Part shown: one piece after another, positions 20,321 to 32,224 of the stretch
Numbering within the stretch: position 1 is the first letter of the stretch
How the letters are laid out: every line of letters starts with the position of its first letter
Notes under the pieces: generated by a model
The model's input: only the letters and a program-made list of their open reading frames with translations
What the model was told of the DNA's origin: nothing
Databases searched by the model: none
Made by a program: the position numbers and the translations under genes
DNA from: Candidatus Moraniibacteriota bacterium
GTDB taxonomy: Bacteria > Patescibacteriota > Minisyncoccia > Moranbacterales > GCA-2747515
Direction: 5' to 3'
NCBI GenBank assembly: GCA_040772365.1
Contig: JAXGYI010000006.1
Coordinates: 4,014-68,013 of the forward strand
Length of the DNA: 64,000 bases

Positions 20321-21961
20321 ATGAAACACAATCAACGCGGATCCATTGTTGTTTTTGCATTGATCATCTTGGCATTTGTACTTACTGCGGCAATGTCTGT
20401 TGCAGCTGTGGTGTTGATCAATCGACGCAGTGCCAACATTTCTGTGAATTCTTCAGTAGCGTTTCAAAACTCTGACAAGGGTATGGAGGATTTTTTACAG
20501 CAACTGCATAAAGAACTTGCGTCAGATGCTACTCTTACTGACGTCGCAGCTCAGTTGAGTGCATATACCGGTGAAGCATATCGGTGTGAGGATGGAGATA
20601 GTCGCGTGGCTGCAACAATTGGAACTGTCAATAATCGCTTTATTATTACAGCATACGAGGAGACACCGCTTGCGCAACAAGTAGGGCAGTCTGGGTGGGG
20701 CACAATAGACATTGGTACAGACACAGAACGTATCTCTGAACGAGAAGAGCTAAGGCCATTCCAGTCATGTGCGAGCACAATGCTCAGGGACATCGACCGA
20801 TTTAAAGTTGTGGGTAATCAAAATAACGCCATGCGCGCGGTATTTGTGAAAATAGGATCGCGTGGTGACGCAGGTTTAGTTGCGCATTGGGATTTTGAGG
20901 ATTGGTGGACTGAATACCTGCAGCATAGTCACGCTGATGGTGGTGCACATGCAAGTGCAAATACTCAAGTATATACGGCACAAGATATAGTAGGTAATAG
21001 CCTCATGGAGTTTTGTCGGCGCAATGCAAGAGACGTTGAAGTTTCTGATCGTATAAGTGGACAGTACCACGTTCTGAAGACAAGCTCTGTATGCCCACAG
21101 GGATCTGGTGATAATTATATTCTCCCAAAATTCTACGAGCTAGAGTTACCCAATCCGCGTGGTATGCTTACAGCTTTTGGCTTTGTAAGGGAGTTTCACA
21201 GCCGTGACAATAGTACGCGCCCTAGCATTGCAGTTCAGTTTGGCACGATTCCCGAAATGCAGAATTATCTCGTGGCACGTGTACGAGATGATTGTCGATC
21301 ATGCTACTACAGAGATGACTCTTCTACGTCAGACTGTGTATTGAATTGCATACCATCGGGAGATGATCGATTACTCATGAAAGATGGTATTACAGTTTCT
21401 GCATGGGTGAAGTGGGAGGGGCAGAGTGCCAATCATGGTGACATTCAACCAATCGTGTCACGATGGGAGGATGGTAAGGGGTACCGCCTGTATTTGAAAA
21501 CCACAGCACATACAGCGCAGGCATGTTTTCAAATCAATAGAACAGAGTCGTGTGGTGGTAGGGTTATGATGACAGGGACGAGTGACAGCACTCAAGTATG
21601 GCATCATGTTGTGGGACGATGGGAAAAAGGGGGATCTGTTGAGGTGATTGTAGACGATACGCTCAGTAGTGGAAATTTAGTGGATAGCAACATTGCTTAT
21701 GCGAGATCAGGAAATGATCAAAATAATATCTATATTGGCGCAGATACAGAATTAGGAGGTACAAAATTTTATAAGGGCATTATTGATGATGTCAAAATTT
21801 GGAACCGTAAGATTAGTAACAAAGAAGTGAATGGCGTGTGTCAAAAAGCACAGTGTAGAGGAGGGTTTTGTCAAGGAGGAATAAGTGATTTAAATCTGAG
21901 AGATGCGACGGACTTTCGGATCAGGAGAGGGCCAGTAAATTCTGTAAGGTGCTTTAACTAG
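20321..21961 (+). CDS. membrane-anchored large pilus-associated protein with concanavalin A-like/LamG domain and Cys-rich C-terminus
   Basis: N-terminal TM. 'VSAWVKWEG...IVSRWEDGKGYRLYLKT...GIIDDVKIWNRKIS' resembles a LamG/Laminin_G_3 fold. C-terminal 'CQKAQCRGGFCQGG'. Confidence 0.5.
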   Translation: MKHNQRGSIVVFALIILAFVLTAAMSVAAVVLINRRSANISVNSSVAFQNSDKGMEDFLQQLHKELASDATLTDVAAQLSAYTGEAYRCEDGDSRVAATIGTVNNRFIITAYEETPLAQQVGQSGWGTIDIGTDTERISEREELRPFQSCASTMLRDIDRFKVVGNQNNAMRAVFVKIGSRGDAGLVAHWDFEDWWTEYLQHSHADGGAHASANTQVYTAQDIVGNSLMEFCRRNARDVEVSDRISGQYHVLKTSSVCPQGSGDNYILPKFYELELPNPRGMLTAFGFVREFHSRDNSTRPSIAVQFGTIPEMQNYLVARVRDDCRSCYYRDDSSTSDCVLNCIPSGDDRLLMKDGITVSAWVKWEGQSANHGDIQPIVSRWEDGKGYRLYLKTTAHTAQACFQINRTESCGGRVMMTGTSDSTQVWHHVVGRWEKGGSVEVIVDDTLSSGNLVDSNIAYARSGNDQNNIYIGADTELGGTKFYKGIIDDVKIWNRKISNKEVNGVCQKAQCRGGFCQGGISDLNLRDATDFRIRRGPVNSVRCFN

Positions 21962-21991
21962 CGGGCATCAGGAGATGGCATAGTGCAATAA

Positions 21992-24142
<2,151 letters not shown>

Positions 24143-24178
24143 AAATATAAGGTCATGATTTATTAATAACAAGGTTTT

Positions 24179-24952
24179 ATGGCAGAGCAAGACACGAGTG
24201 CTGTACAAAGTGTGCCACAGGCGCAAGATGTGCCGCTGCGGTACGCTGGGTTCTGGGTGCGATGGGCTGCTGCAATCATTGATGGGTGGGTTACTGGTAT
24301 TGTCATATCGTTAGTAATGTTGCCATTTGGTTTTATGATGGGATTTTTTGCTGCAGCGTTCAGCGAAAAACATCCAATGGTATCGATTACATCTCTCGGA
24401 AGTTTGACTGTGGTGGGTGCGTGCGTTGTTTTTGCCTACTATGTTTTCATGACGCACCGATTTGGTGCAACGCTTGGAAAGATGGCAGTAGGAGCGCGTG
24501 TTTGTGCGGAGGATGGAACGCCGCTGCCGTTGGGTAGAATTGCGTTGCGCGAGATTATTGGTAAGTTTATTTCAGGCCTCCTCTTCTATGGTGGTTTTCT
24601 CGTGGCAGCGTTTACTCGCCACAAGCGCGCGCTACATGACATGATGGCTCAATCCGTTGTTGTATATAAAAATCCTATTACGGGACCTCATCGATTTGTC
24701 GTTGCAATAGTGTATGGCATTTCTGCGTTCACTATGCTTATATTTATGACACTCGTGGGTGCCATTGTGATCTCTGGGATGCTCTTTTTCAAGAATGCAC
24801 ATGAGGATGGATGGGATGGTCGGGCGATTTTTGATGCTATAGAAATGGAGTTGCATGATGATGCGGTGCGTGATGATAGTGTGTTGATGGATATTTTTAC
24901 TGAAGACATCCTGCCTGTGCACGATGGCAGTGATGCCACAGCAGTACATTGA
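24179..24952 (+). CDS. RDD family membrane protein
   Basis: 'RYAGFWVRWAAAIIDGWV' RDD signature with TM helices. Confidence 0.65.
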   Translation: MAEQDTSAVQSVPQAQDVPLRYAGFWVRWAAAIIDGWVTGIVISLVMLPFGFMMGFFAAAFSEKHPMVSITSLGSLTVVGACVVFAYYVFMTHRFGATLGKMAVGARVCAEDGTPLPLGRIALREIIGKFISGLLFYGGFLVAAFTRHKRALHDMMAQSVVVYKNPITGPHRFVVAIVYGISAFTMLIFMTLVGAIVISGMLFFKNAHEDGWDGRAIFDAIEMELHDDAVRDDSVLMDIFTEDILPVHDGSDATAVH

Positions 24953-24974
24953 TTAGTGATAATGAGGGATATAT

Positions 24975-25265
24975 ATGGCACTTACACATGATGATATTGC
25001 CCACATTGCCACTTTGGCACGCATTGGGATTACAGACGATGAGAAGCAGCAGTACCACAAAGAACTATCTTCCGTTGTGGAATATTTTGGAACATTGCAA
25101 GAGGTGAATACAGATGGCGTAGATGCTATAGGGCATATTACGGGTATGACGGATGTGGTGCGTGATGATATTGCAAGAGAGGTGGATGATCAGACACGTG
25201 TGGCGATTATGGAAAATGTGCCACGCACACATGACGGACAGATTGCAGTAAAGAATATCTTGTAA
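24975..25265 (+). CDS. gatC: Asp-tRNA(Asn)/Glu-tRNA(Gln) amidotransferase subunit C
   Basis: 96 aa, 'IAHIATLARIGITDDEKQQY...EYFGTLQEVNTDGV'. Immediately upstream of gatA. Confidence 0.85.
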   Translation: MALTHDDIAHIATLARIGITDDEKQQYHKELSSVVEYFGTLQEVNTDGVDAIGHITGMTDVVRDDIAREVDDQTRVAIMENVPRTHDGQIAVKNIL

Positions 25266-25281
25266 TATCGAAGAAGAAAGT

Positions 25282-26718
25282 ATGATTCGACATATCCATG
25301 AACAACTGGTGAATAAAGATGTCACGGCAGTGGAGTTAGCGCAAAAATCACTGGCGTATATTGCCGAGGTCAACCCGAAGCGCAATGCATTTCTTACAGT
25401 ACTGAAAGAGGAGGCACTACGTGATGCGCAGGCCGTAGATGACAAGATTGCCCGTGGTGAGAAGATTGATCTGCTTGCGGGCATCCCCTATGCTATCAAA
25501 GATAATATTTGCATGAAAGGCATACGGACAACAGCAGCATCAAAAATGCTGGACACGTACCGTGCGCCCTATGATGCAACAGTGATTGAGCGGTTACGCT
25601 CTGTGCATGCTGTTCCCATTGGGAAAACAAATATGGACGAATTTGCCTGTGGTGGTAGCACAGAGAATAGTGCCTATGGGCCGACGACGAATCCAGTAGA
25701 TGACACACGTGTGCCCGGTGGCAGTAGCGGTGGTAGTGCGGCGGCGGTGGCAGACGGATCGGTGGCATGGGCATTGGGTACGGATACAGGCGGATCGGTA
25801 CGTGGACCAGCAAGTTTCTGCGGTGTTGTGGGCTTGAAGCCAACATATGGGCGTGTATCGCGCTACGGTGTGATTGCTATGGGTTCTAGTCTAGATCAAG
25901 TGGGTCCGATTACAAAGACGGTAGAGGACGCTGCAATTGTTTTGAGTCGCATTGCCGGACGCGATACTCGTGATGCTACCAGTGCCAAGAGCAGTGATAA
26001 GCCGTATGAAGACTACTGTGTTGGAAAAATCACTGGTGCAAAAATTGGTATTCCGAAAGAATATCTTGGTGATGGTCTGGACGCGCGTGTTCGTGAGACG
26101 TTTTTAGAGGCTGTAGAGCAATACAAATCTCTCGGCGCAGAAATCATAGACATTTCATTGCCGCATACAGCATATGCCTTGGCTGCATACTATATTATTA
26201 TGCCGTGCGAACTAAGTTCCAATTTGGCACGTTTTGACGGGCTGCGATATGGTGGCACAAAGGAGGATATCACTGGCACACTTTTGGACCACTACGTACA
26301 TATACGCGGCTCACTTTTTGGCGCTGAAGTAAAACGACGGATTATGTTAGGCACATATGCGTTGTCTGCCGGTTACTATGACGCGTACTATAAAAAAGCA
26401 CAAAAAGTGCGTGCGTTAATCACGGAAGATTTTCGTAAGGCGTTTACCAAAGTGCATTACATTTTTACGCCAACAACACCGGAAGTGGCATTTAAAATTG
26501 GTGCAAAAACAACAGATCCTCTGACGATGTATCTGTCTGACATCTATACTGCAACGGCAAATCTCGCCGGTGTGCCAGCACTGTCACTGCCGATTGGCAC
26601 CGTGGAAGATGGCGCTGTCACATTGCCAGTTGGTGGTCAATTGATGGGTAAGTGGTTTGATGAAGAAGGTGTTCTCAATGCTGGTTATACGTATGAAACT
26701 GCAACGAAAAATCTATGA
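25282..26718 (+). CDS. gatA: Glu-tRNA(Gln) amidotransferase subunit A (amidase signature family)
   Basis: 'GIPYAIKDNICMKGIRTTAASKML' and 'GGSSGGSAAAVA'. Confidence 0.9.
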   Translation: MIRHIHEQLVNKDVTAVELAQKSLAYIAEVNPKRNAFLTVLKEEALRDAQAVDDKIARGEKIDLLAGIPYAIKDNICMKGIRTTAASKMLDTYRAPYDATVIERLRSVHAVPIGKTNMDEFACGGSTENSAYGPTTNPVDDTRVPGGSSGGSAAAVADGSVAWALGTDTGGSVRGPASFCGVVGLKPTYGRVSRYGVIAMGSSLDQVGPITKTVEDAAIVLSRIAGRDTRDATSAKSSDKPYEDYCVGKITGAKIGIPKEYLGDGLDARVRETFLEAVEQYKSLGAEIIDISLPHTAYALAAYYIIMPCELSSNLARFDGLRYGGTKEDITGTLLDHYVHIRGSLFGAEVKRRIMLGTYALSAGYYDAYYKKAQKVRALITEDFRKAFTKVHYIFTPTTPEVAFKIGAKTTDPLTMYLSDIYTATANLAGVPALSLPIGTVEDGAVTLPVGGQLMGKWFDEEGVLNAGYTYETATKNL

Positions 26719-27245
26719 TGGGAGATGTTTTTTTAGAGATAGGGGATCTGATCTATGCGTGGTACACGGCATTTTTGGATAGTGCGGTATTTGTTGGGAT
26801 CAAGGTTTTTCTTGTTATCTACACGACAATTTTAATAGTAGATATTATTCTGCTTGTATACCTAGGTGATGTCAAAAAGCAGTGGCGTCGGCATCAGACA
26901 GGAAGTTCCGTGCGCAAGCCGTCTAAGAAAAAGGAGCGACAAGTATGGGCGGACATCATGATGCGCTTAGAAAGCAATGACGAAAATCAATTCAAGGCGG
27001 CAATTTTGGAGGCAGATCATTTCACCTATGAGCGTATGGGATTTCAGGGCTATCACGGTTCTACATTTTCTGAGAGGTTGGCACAAATTCCACCGGGAAG
27101 TTTTCGTGCCATTGATGCTGTGCATGTGGCGCATCGACTGAGTAATGCAATCATCAAAAAGGAGAATGTGACAATGACCAAGGAACAAGCACTGAATACG
27201 CTGAAAATTTACGAGCAATTCCTGAAGGACATTGATGTGATCTAG
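26715..27245 (+). CDS. hypothetical membrane protein
   Basis: Two N-terminal TM helices followed by a soluble domain; no motif recognised. Confidence 0.4.
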   Translation: MMGDVFLEIGDLIYAWYTAFLDSAVFVGIKVFLVIYTTILIVDIILLVYLGDVKKQWRRHQTGSSVRKPSKKKERQVWADIMMRLESNDENQFKAAILEADHFTYERMGFQGYHGSTFSERLAQIPPGSFRAIDAVHVAHRLSNAIIKKENVTMTKEQALNTLKIYEQFLKDIDVI

Positions 27246-27251
27246 CGTGCT

Positions 27252-27806
27252 TTAGATGATGGTGGCATGCAGGGATCGGGCGATGGTTTTTTCAAGATCT
27301 TGTGTAAAGGCTGCAGATAAAACTGCAATTGCCTCATGATCGTTGAGGCCGCGGGTGTGCAGGTAGTTGCGCTGAGTGCGATCTACTGGTGTGGCGGTTG
27401 CCGCATGTGTACAGTGAACATTGGAGGGTGTTACTTCCATCTGTGGCGTGACGGTTGCGCGTGCATCCGCAGACAGTAGGAGTGTATGTATGTCTGTTGT
27501 AGCGACTGCATCATCTGCGTCGTGGGCGATATGGATCAGGTTTGTTGCTGTGAGCACAGCGGCGTTGTTGAGGACTGTGCGGATGGAGCACGTGCTGTGC
27601 GTGTGTGGTGCATGGTGACGCTGTGTGATGTGCAATGTGAAAATGTCAGTTGTAGTGCCGTGATAGACACCGTAGATTTCTGCTACGGCATGTGGTACTG
27701 CGAGGTCAACAGTGAGTGCCACATGCGGGCTACGCACAATAAAAGTATATGTTCCAGGATCTGTGAGTGTATGGTGCGTTGTGATGGCAGAATGTTGTGT
27801 GGACAT
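27252..27806 (-). CDS. sufD: short SufD-like (SufBD family C-terminal region) Fe-S assembly protein
   Basis: Directly downstream of sufB on the same strand. C-terminal 'NYLHTRGLNDHEAIAVLSAAF' resembles the SufB/D C-terminus. Unusually short (184 aa). Confidence 0.45.
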   Translation of the reverse strand: MSTQHSAITTHHTLTDPGTYTFIVRSPHVALTVDLAVPHAVAEIYGVYHGTTTDIFTLHITQRHHAPHTHSTCSIRTVLNNAAVLTATNLIHIAHDADDAVATTDIHTLLLSADARATVTPQMEVTPSNVHCTHAATATPVDRTQRNYLHTRGLNDHEAIAVLSAAFTQDLEKTIARSLHATII

Positions 27807-27818
27807 AATGTAATCTTA

Positions 27819-29234
27819 CTATCCGATAGTTTTTTCCATCTCCATATGAATCAGACGATGCAGCTCTACAGCATACTCCAATGGGATCTCTTTGGTGATG
27901 TCACTGATAAACCCATTAACCATCATACTACGGGCTGCAATCTCATCTAGTCCACGCGACATTGCATACAGCAGCATTGCTGCATCCAGTTTTTCTATAC
28001 TCGCCTCATGTGCTGTGTGCGTAGTATTTCCCCCAGTTTTTGTTGTGGGATAGGTTGTAGAAGTAGAGTGATCATCAAGCAAGAGAGCGTCGCACCGAGT
28101 GAAACTTGTTGCTTCATGTGCTTCGGATGACACATCAATCAGTCCGCGATAGGTGGATATACCACCCCCTGCGCAAATAGACTTAGAGACAATATGAGAT
28201 GTCGTGTGTGGTGCACGGTGTATCATTTTTGCACCGGCGTCGATGTGCTGTCCTGCACCGGCAATAGCAAGAGAGGTGGTAGTACCGCGTGCACCATCGC
28301 CAGCAAGAATCACAGTGGGATACTTCATGGTTACGCCTGATCCAATATTGCAGTCGATCCATTCCATAGTAGCGTTGCGATCAGCGCGTGCGCGTTTGGT
28401 GACAAGGTTGTAGATATTTGTACTCCAATTTTGAACTGTGGTGTAGCGCACAGTTGCGCCATCATGGATAAAAATTTCTACAACAGCAGCATGGAGAGAT
28501 GCTGTTGTATAGGTTGGTGCAGTACATCCTTCCACATAGTGCACAGAAGAGTCCTTGTCGGCAATGATGAGTGTACGTTCAAATTGCCCAAAGCGTTCCG
28601 CGTTAATGCGAAAATATGCTTGCACCGGCAGTGCAATCTGGACTCCGGGCGGCACATATATAAATGATCCACCGGACCACACTGCTGTATTGAGTGCGGC
28701 AAATGTATTATCTGATGCTGGAACAAGTGTGCCAAAATATTTCTGCACAAGAGAGGGGTGTTCACGAAGGGCTGTATCCATGTCACAAAAGATCACGCCT
28801 TGTTCTGCTAGCTCTTTTTTGAGAGATCCATAAACAACTTCACTTTCATATTGCGCACTGACACCAGAGAGCCATGCTTTTTCGTGCTCAGGGACACCAA
28901 TCCGATTATACGTTTCCTTAATCGTATCTGGTAAATTTTCCCATGCTTCTGCTGGCGCATCTGTGGCGCGGGAAAAATAGGTAATCTCATCAAAGTCGAT
29001 TGTATGCAAGTCTGGTCCCCAAGATGGGAGAGGCTTTTGCGTAAAGAGAGTGTAGCCGGCGTGGCGATGATCGCGCATCCAGGATGGCTCATCTTTGAGT
29101 GCGCTAATGCGAGTAACGATGTCGTGTGAGAGGCCTTTGGGCAGCGTAATGCGGGATGTGTTCGGCATGGAAAAGTCATGACGTGTACTATCAGATACAG
29201 AAGTGTGCGATTGTATAGATGCAGTAGGGAGCAT
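27819..29234 (-). CDS. sufB: Fe-S cluster assembly protein SufB
   Basis: Long conserved SufB core 'GCTAPTYTTASLHAAVVEIF...VQNWSTNIYNLVTKRA'. Confidence 0.9.
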   Translation of the reverse strand: MLPTASIQSHTSVSDSTRHDFSMPNTSRITLPKGLSHDIVTRISALKDEPSWMRDHRHAGYTLFTQKPLPSWGPDLHTIDFDEITYFSRATDAPAEAWENLPDTIKETYNRIGVPEHEKAWLSGVSAQYESEVVYGSLKKELAEQGVIFCDMDTALREHPSLVQKYFGTLVPASDNTFAALNTAVWSGGSFIYVPPGVQIALPVQAYFRINAERFGQFERTLIIADKDSSVHYVEGCTAPTYTTASLHAAVVEIFIHDGATVRYTTVQNWSTNIYNLVTKRARADRNATMEWIDCNIGSGVTMKYPTVILAGDGARGTTTSLAIAGAGQHIDAGAKMIHRAPHTTSHIVSKSICAGGGISTYRGLIDVSSEAHEATSFTRCDALLLDDHSTSTTYPTTKTGGNTTHTAHEASIEKLDAAMLLYAMSRGLDEIAARSMMVNGFISDITKEIPLEYAVELHRLIHMEMEKTIG

Positions 29235-29245
29235 TGAAAGGAGTG

Positions 29246-29980
29246 TTATGCAGTTAGGGTGCCATAACCATTGGCATCAATTGTTTTCACGAGCGATGCG
29301 TCACCGCGGCGTGCAATGGTTCCGCGGTGCAGTACGATGGTTTCATCCACGGAGAGGTGTGTAAAAATTCGTGCGTAGTGCGTGATGAGGATCAGTGTTG
29401 TCTGTGGATGCGTGACGCGTAGTTGTGCGAGTGCTTGTGAAATGATGCCAATCGAATCAACGTCCACGCCGGTGTCAATTTCATCCAGAATCACATAGTG
29501 TGGCTGCATGATGAGCGCTTGGAGAACTTCCATTTTTTTGCGCTCACCACCGCTGAAGTTATCGTTGAGTGAGCGTGAGAGGAGGTGCGAGGGAATATGC
29601 AGCGCTTTTGCAGTCTGTGTGATGGCACCAAGCAGGGACTTGCTGTCCATACGATCACGTGGTACTGCTTCACGTAGTAGTCGCTGTACAGTGATACCAG
29701 GCAGGGCGGGGGGAGACTGCGGTGAATAAAAGATACCACGGCGTGCACGTTCATAGGGTGGCAGTGCAGTGATTGATGTGTCATCAAGAAAGATATCGCC
29801 AGCGGTTCTGGTGAGTGCAGGATCACCGATGATGGTGCGTGCCATGGTACTTTTTCCAGATCCATTTGGACCCATGACGGCATATACCATGCCCCGTGAA
29901 AAATCTGCAGAGAAATCGGATAGAATATCGTTCTGATTGCTATGGATTGTAAGATTACGAAGGGAAAGCATAAAAAACAT
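29246..29980 (-). CDS. sufC: Fe-S cluster assembly ATPase SufC
   Basis: Walker A 'GPNGSGKST', ABC signature 'FSGGERKK', Walker B 'ILDEIDTG'. Confidence 0.9.
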   Translation of the reverse strand: MFFMLSLRNLTIHSNQNDILSDFSADFSRGMVYAVMGPNGSGKSTMARTIIGDPALTRTAGDIFLDDTSITALPPYERARRGIFYSPQSPPALPGITVQRLLREAVPRDRMDSKSLLGAITQTAKALHIPSHLLSRSLNDNFSGGERKKMEVLQALIMQPHYVILDEIDTGVDVDSIGIISQALAQLRVTHPQTTLILITHYARIFTHLSVDETIVLHRGTIARRGDASLVKTIDANGYGTLTA

Positions 29981-30052
29981 TAAAACGCTACAAGGAATTG
30001 TAGCGTTTTAATAACGTTTTGTCTACAGAATGCAATGTGCGTACAAGGAATG

Positions 30053-30739
30053 CTACTTTTTCTTAGAGAGTTTCTTCTCAATGTCCCCCTTGCTGATTTT
30101 TCGTGTACAGAAAAACCAGTCATAGCATTTGTCGGCATCTTTCCCAGCCATACGGTCTTTTGCTGTACCGCAAGAACCGGCTGGTGGTACGATGACGTCA
30201 TCGCCAGGTTGCCAATCAGCTGGTGTTGCTACAGAAAATGCATCTGCTGTCTGCAAACCGATCAATGCGCGGTAGATTTCATCAAAGTTGCGCCCCAGGC
30301 TCAACGGATAGTAGATAATTGCACGAATGATGCCCTTTGGATCAATAAAGAATACTGCGCGTACTGCAGATGTCGCGCTTTCTCCTGGTTGAATCATACC
30401 AAAGCGTTTTGCCACGTTCATGGAGATGTCATCAATGAGTGGGAACTTCACTTCCACATCTTGCATGCCTTTATATGCAATTTTTTCTTTAATGGTTCTG
30501 AGCCATGCGATGTGGGAGTATAGACCATCCACAGACAGCCCCAGTAGCTCACAATTCGCCTGCTTAAACTTTTTCTCCATTGCGGCGAATGTCATGAACT
30601 CAGAGGTGCACACCGGTGTGAAATCAGCTGGATGGCTAAAGAAAATTACCCACTTACCCTTATACTGTTCAGGAAATTTTACAATACCCTGCGTAGAGTT
30701 TGCCTCAAATGCCGGTGCCATATCGCCAATGCGTGGCAT
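30053..30739 (-). CDS. peroxiredoxin (Prx6/1-Cys-like AhpC/TSA family)
   Basis: 'FFSHPADFTPVCTSE' peroxidatic Cys motif. The start at Met31 of the long ORF was chosen because it has a GAGGAAG SD; the in-frame upstream Cys-rich 30 codons are probably untranslated. Confidence 0.85.
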   Translation of the reverse strand: MPRIGDMAPAFEANSTQGIVKFPEQYKGKWVIFFSHPADFTPVCTSEFMTFAAMEKKFKQANCELLGLSVDGLYSHIAWLRTIKEKIAYKGMQDVEVKFPLIDDISMNVAKRFGMIQPGESATSAVRAVFFIDPKGIIRAIIYYPLSLGRNFDEIYRALIGLQTADAFSVATPADWQPGDDVIVPPAGSCGTAKDRMAGKDADKCYDWFFCTRKISKGDIEKKLSKKK

Positions 30740-30933
30740 TGAAACCTGTTCTTCCTCTGCATAGCAATCGCACCAATGACACATGCAGCACATGCAGTCG
30801 TCGTTGATCTCTTTCATAGATGTATACATTTAATAGTTATTATGTCTACTGTCATTTCACTGACATGCTCTAACTTCACATTATAGAACATTTTTTTGAA
30901 GAGAGCAAAAGAGAAATGCTGATCTAGACAATG

Positions 30934-31020
30934 CGGAGGCGGAGGGATTCGAACCCCCGGTCCCCGTGAAGGGACTTCGGTTTTCAAGACCGATGCAATC
31001 GACCACTCTGCCACACCTCC
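30934..31020 (-). tRNA. tRNA-Ser (anticodon TGA)
   Basis: Reverse complement folds with acceptor GGAGGTG/CGCCTCC, anticodon loop CTTGAAA, a long variable arm, and T-loop GGTTCGAAT. Confidence 0.9.
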
Positions 31021-31133
31021 GAGATGGTATGTATATCGTGTTATCCACAGAATCGTGTATTTCTTATCATAGCATGTGGCAAGGCGCTTGTAAATGTGGT
31101 ATAATTGTCTTGCAGTAAAACACAAATGTACAT

Positions 31134-31880
31134 ATGGCTGTAAATTTGCGTGAAAACAAAATGGATAAGTACGAACCATCTAAGGTTGGTGCGTTTTTTC
31201 GTCGTCTATTCGGTGGCGGATCTCAGAAGGTAGAGGATTTTGCAACACCGTCAGTGCGTAGAGGTGAATTTGTACAGGAGCCGGCTGCTGCATCAGGTGC
31301 AAAGAAAGCAGCAGTGGCACACCATGATTTTTCCAAAAAAATAGACCCTATCACACCAGACTATCAAGAGGATATTCAGTACAAGACAGATTACTCTCCT
31401 TACATCCAGCAGTTCCCCGATAATGTCATTGTACAGTGGCGCGGTCCGGAATTTGAGCGGTATCCGCATGATACGCAGTGGTATTTAGGGGCTCTTGCTG
31501 TGATTGCTGCGGTTGTTGTGTACGCAATTTTTACTGACAGTATTTTGATGGCCATTGTTTTCATCTTGATTGCGTTAACGGGGTACTTGTATTTTCGTCA
31601 ACCACAAACAGTGACGGATTTTGCTATCACGTATGACGGCATTGTCGTGGGGCGTAATATCTATCCATTTGATGACATGGAGTCATTTTGGATTATTTAT
31701 GAGCCACCGCATACACGTGTGATCAGTTTTCGCGTGCATGGCTATTTCCGCCCCTATTTACGTGTTCCGCTACACCAGGTAGATCCAGTGATTGTGTTGC
31801 GAGAATTGACGCGATTTATTCCCGAGGTACGCCAAGAGCAGGGCTGGATTGATCTTTTTGAGCGCTTACTACATCGCTAG
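31134..31880 (+). CDS. hypothetical membrane protein
   Basis: 248 aa with central TM helices; no motif recognised. Confidence 0.4.
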   Translation: MAVNLRENKMDKYEPSKVGAFFRRLFGGGSQKVEDFATPSVRRGEFVQEPAAASGAKKAAVAHHDFSKKIDPITPDYQEDIQYKTDYSPYIQQFPDNVIVQWRGPEFERYPHDTQWYLGALAVIAAVVVYAIFTDSILMAIVFILIALTGYLYFRQPQTVTDFAITYDGIVVGRNIYPFDDMESFWIIYEPPHTRVISFRVHGYFRPYLRVPLHQVDPVIVLRELTRFIPEVRQEQGWIDLFERLLHR

Positions 31881-32224
31881 GCTGTACGCAAAAATGCACA
31901 CAGAAAAAACAGGCAGTGCCTGTTTTGTTTTTACCGCGATGTATTTTTGGATATCATAAAGAAAAGTCCTCACTGCAAGAGCGCATATGAATCCCTATGA
32001 AAAATGCTATCGGAAAAAATATTTTTCCCTGTTTTCCAGGTGGGTTCCATGCCGCCCGCACTGATGTAGGTGGTGTTGGTACTGTGTATGTGAAGCATAC
32101 GATACACCAGCTACATCAGCGCGGGGTTATTCAGCACCCTATTCTGAAGACTTTTCACTTTCTTTATAGCATTTTTAGCGCGCGCCGTCAAAGGGCGGGT
32201 ACGTAAGAATGCTACGCATTTCAC

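Noticed and set aside
30740-30829. Cys-rich N-terminal extension of the peroxiredoxin as a real metal-binding domain
   Set aside because: There is no ribosome-binding site before the upstream ATG, whereas Met31 has one. The extension is treated as untranslated leader (kept only as a DNA-level repeat finding).
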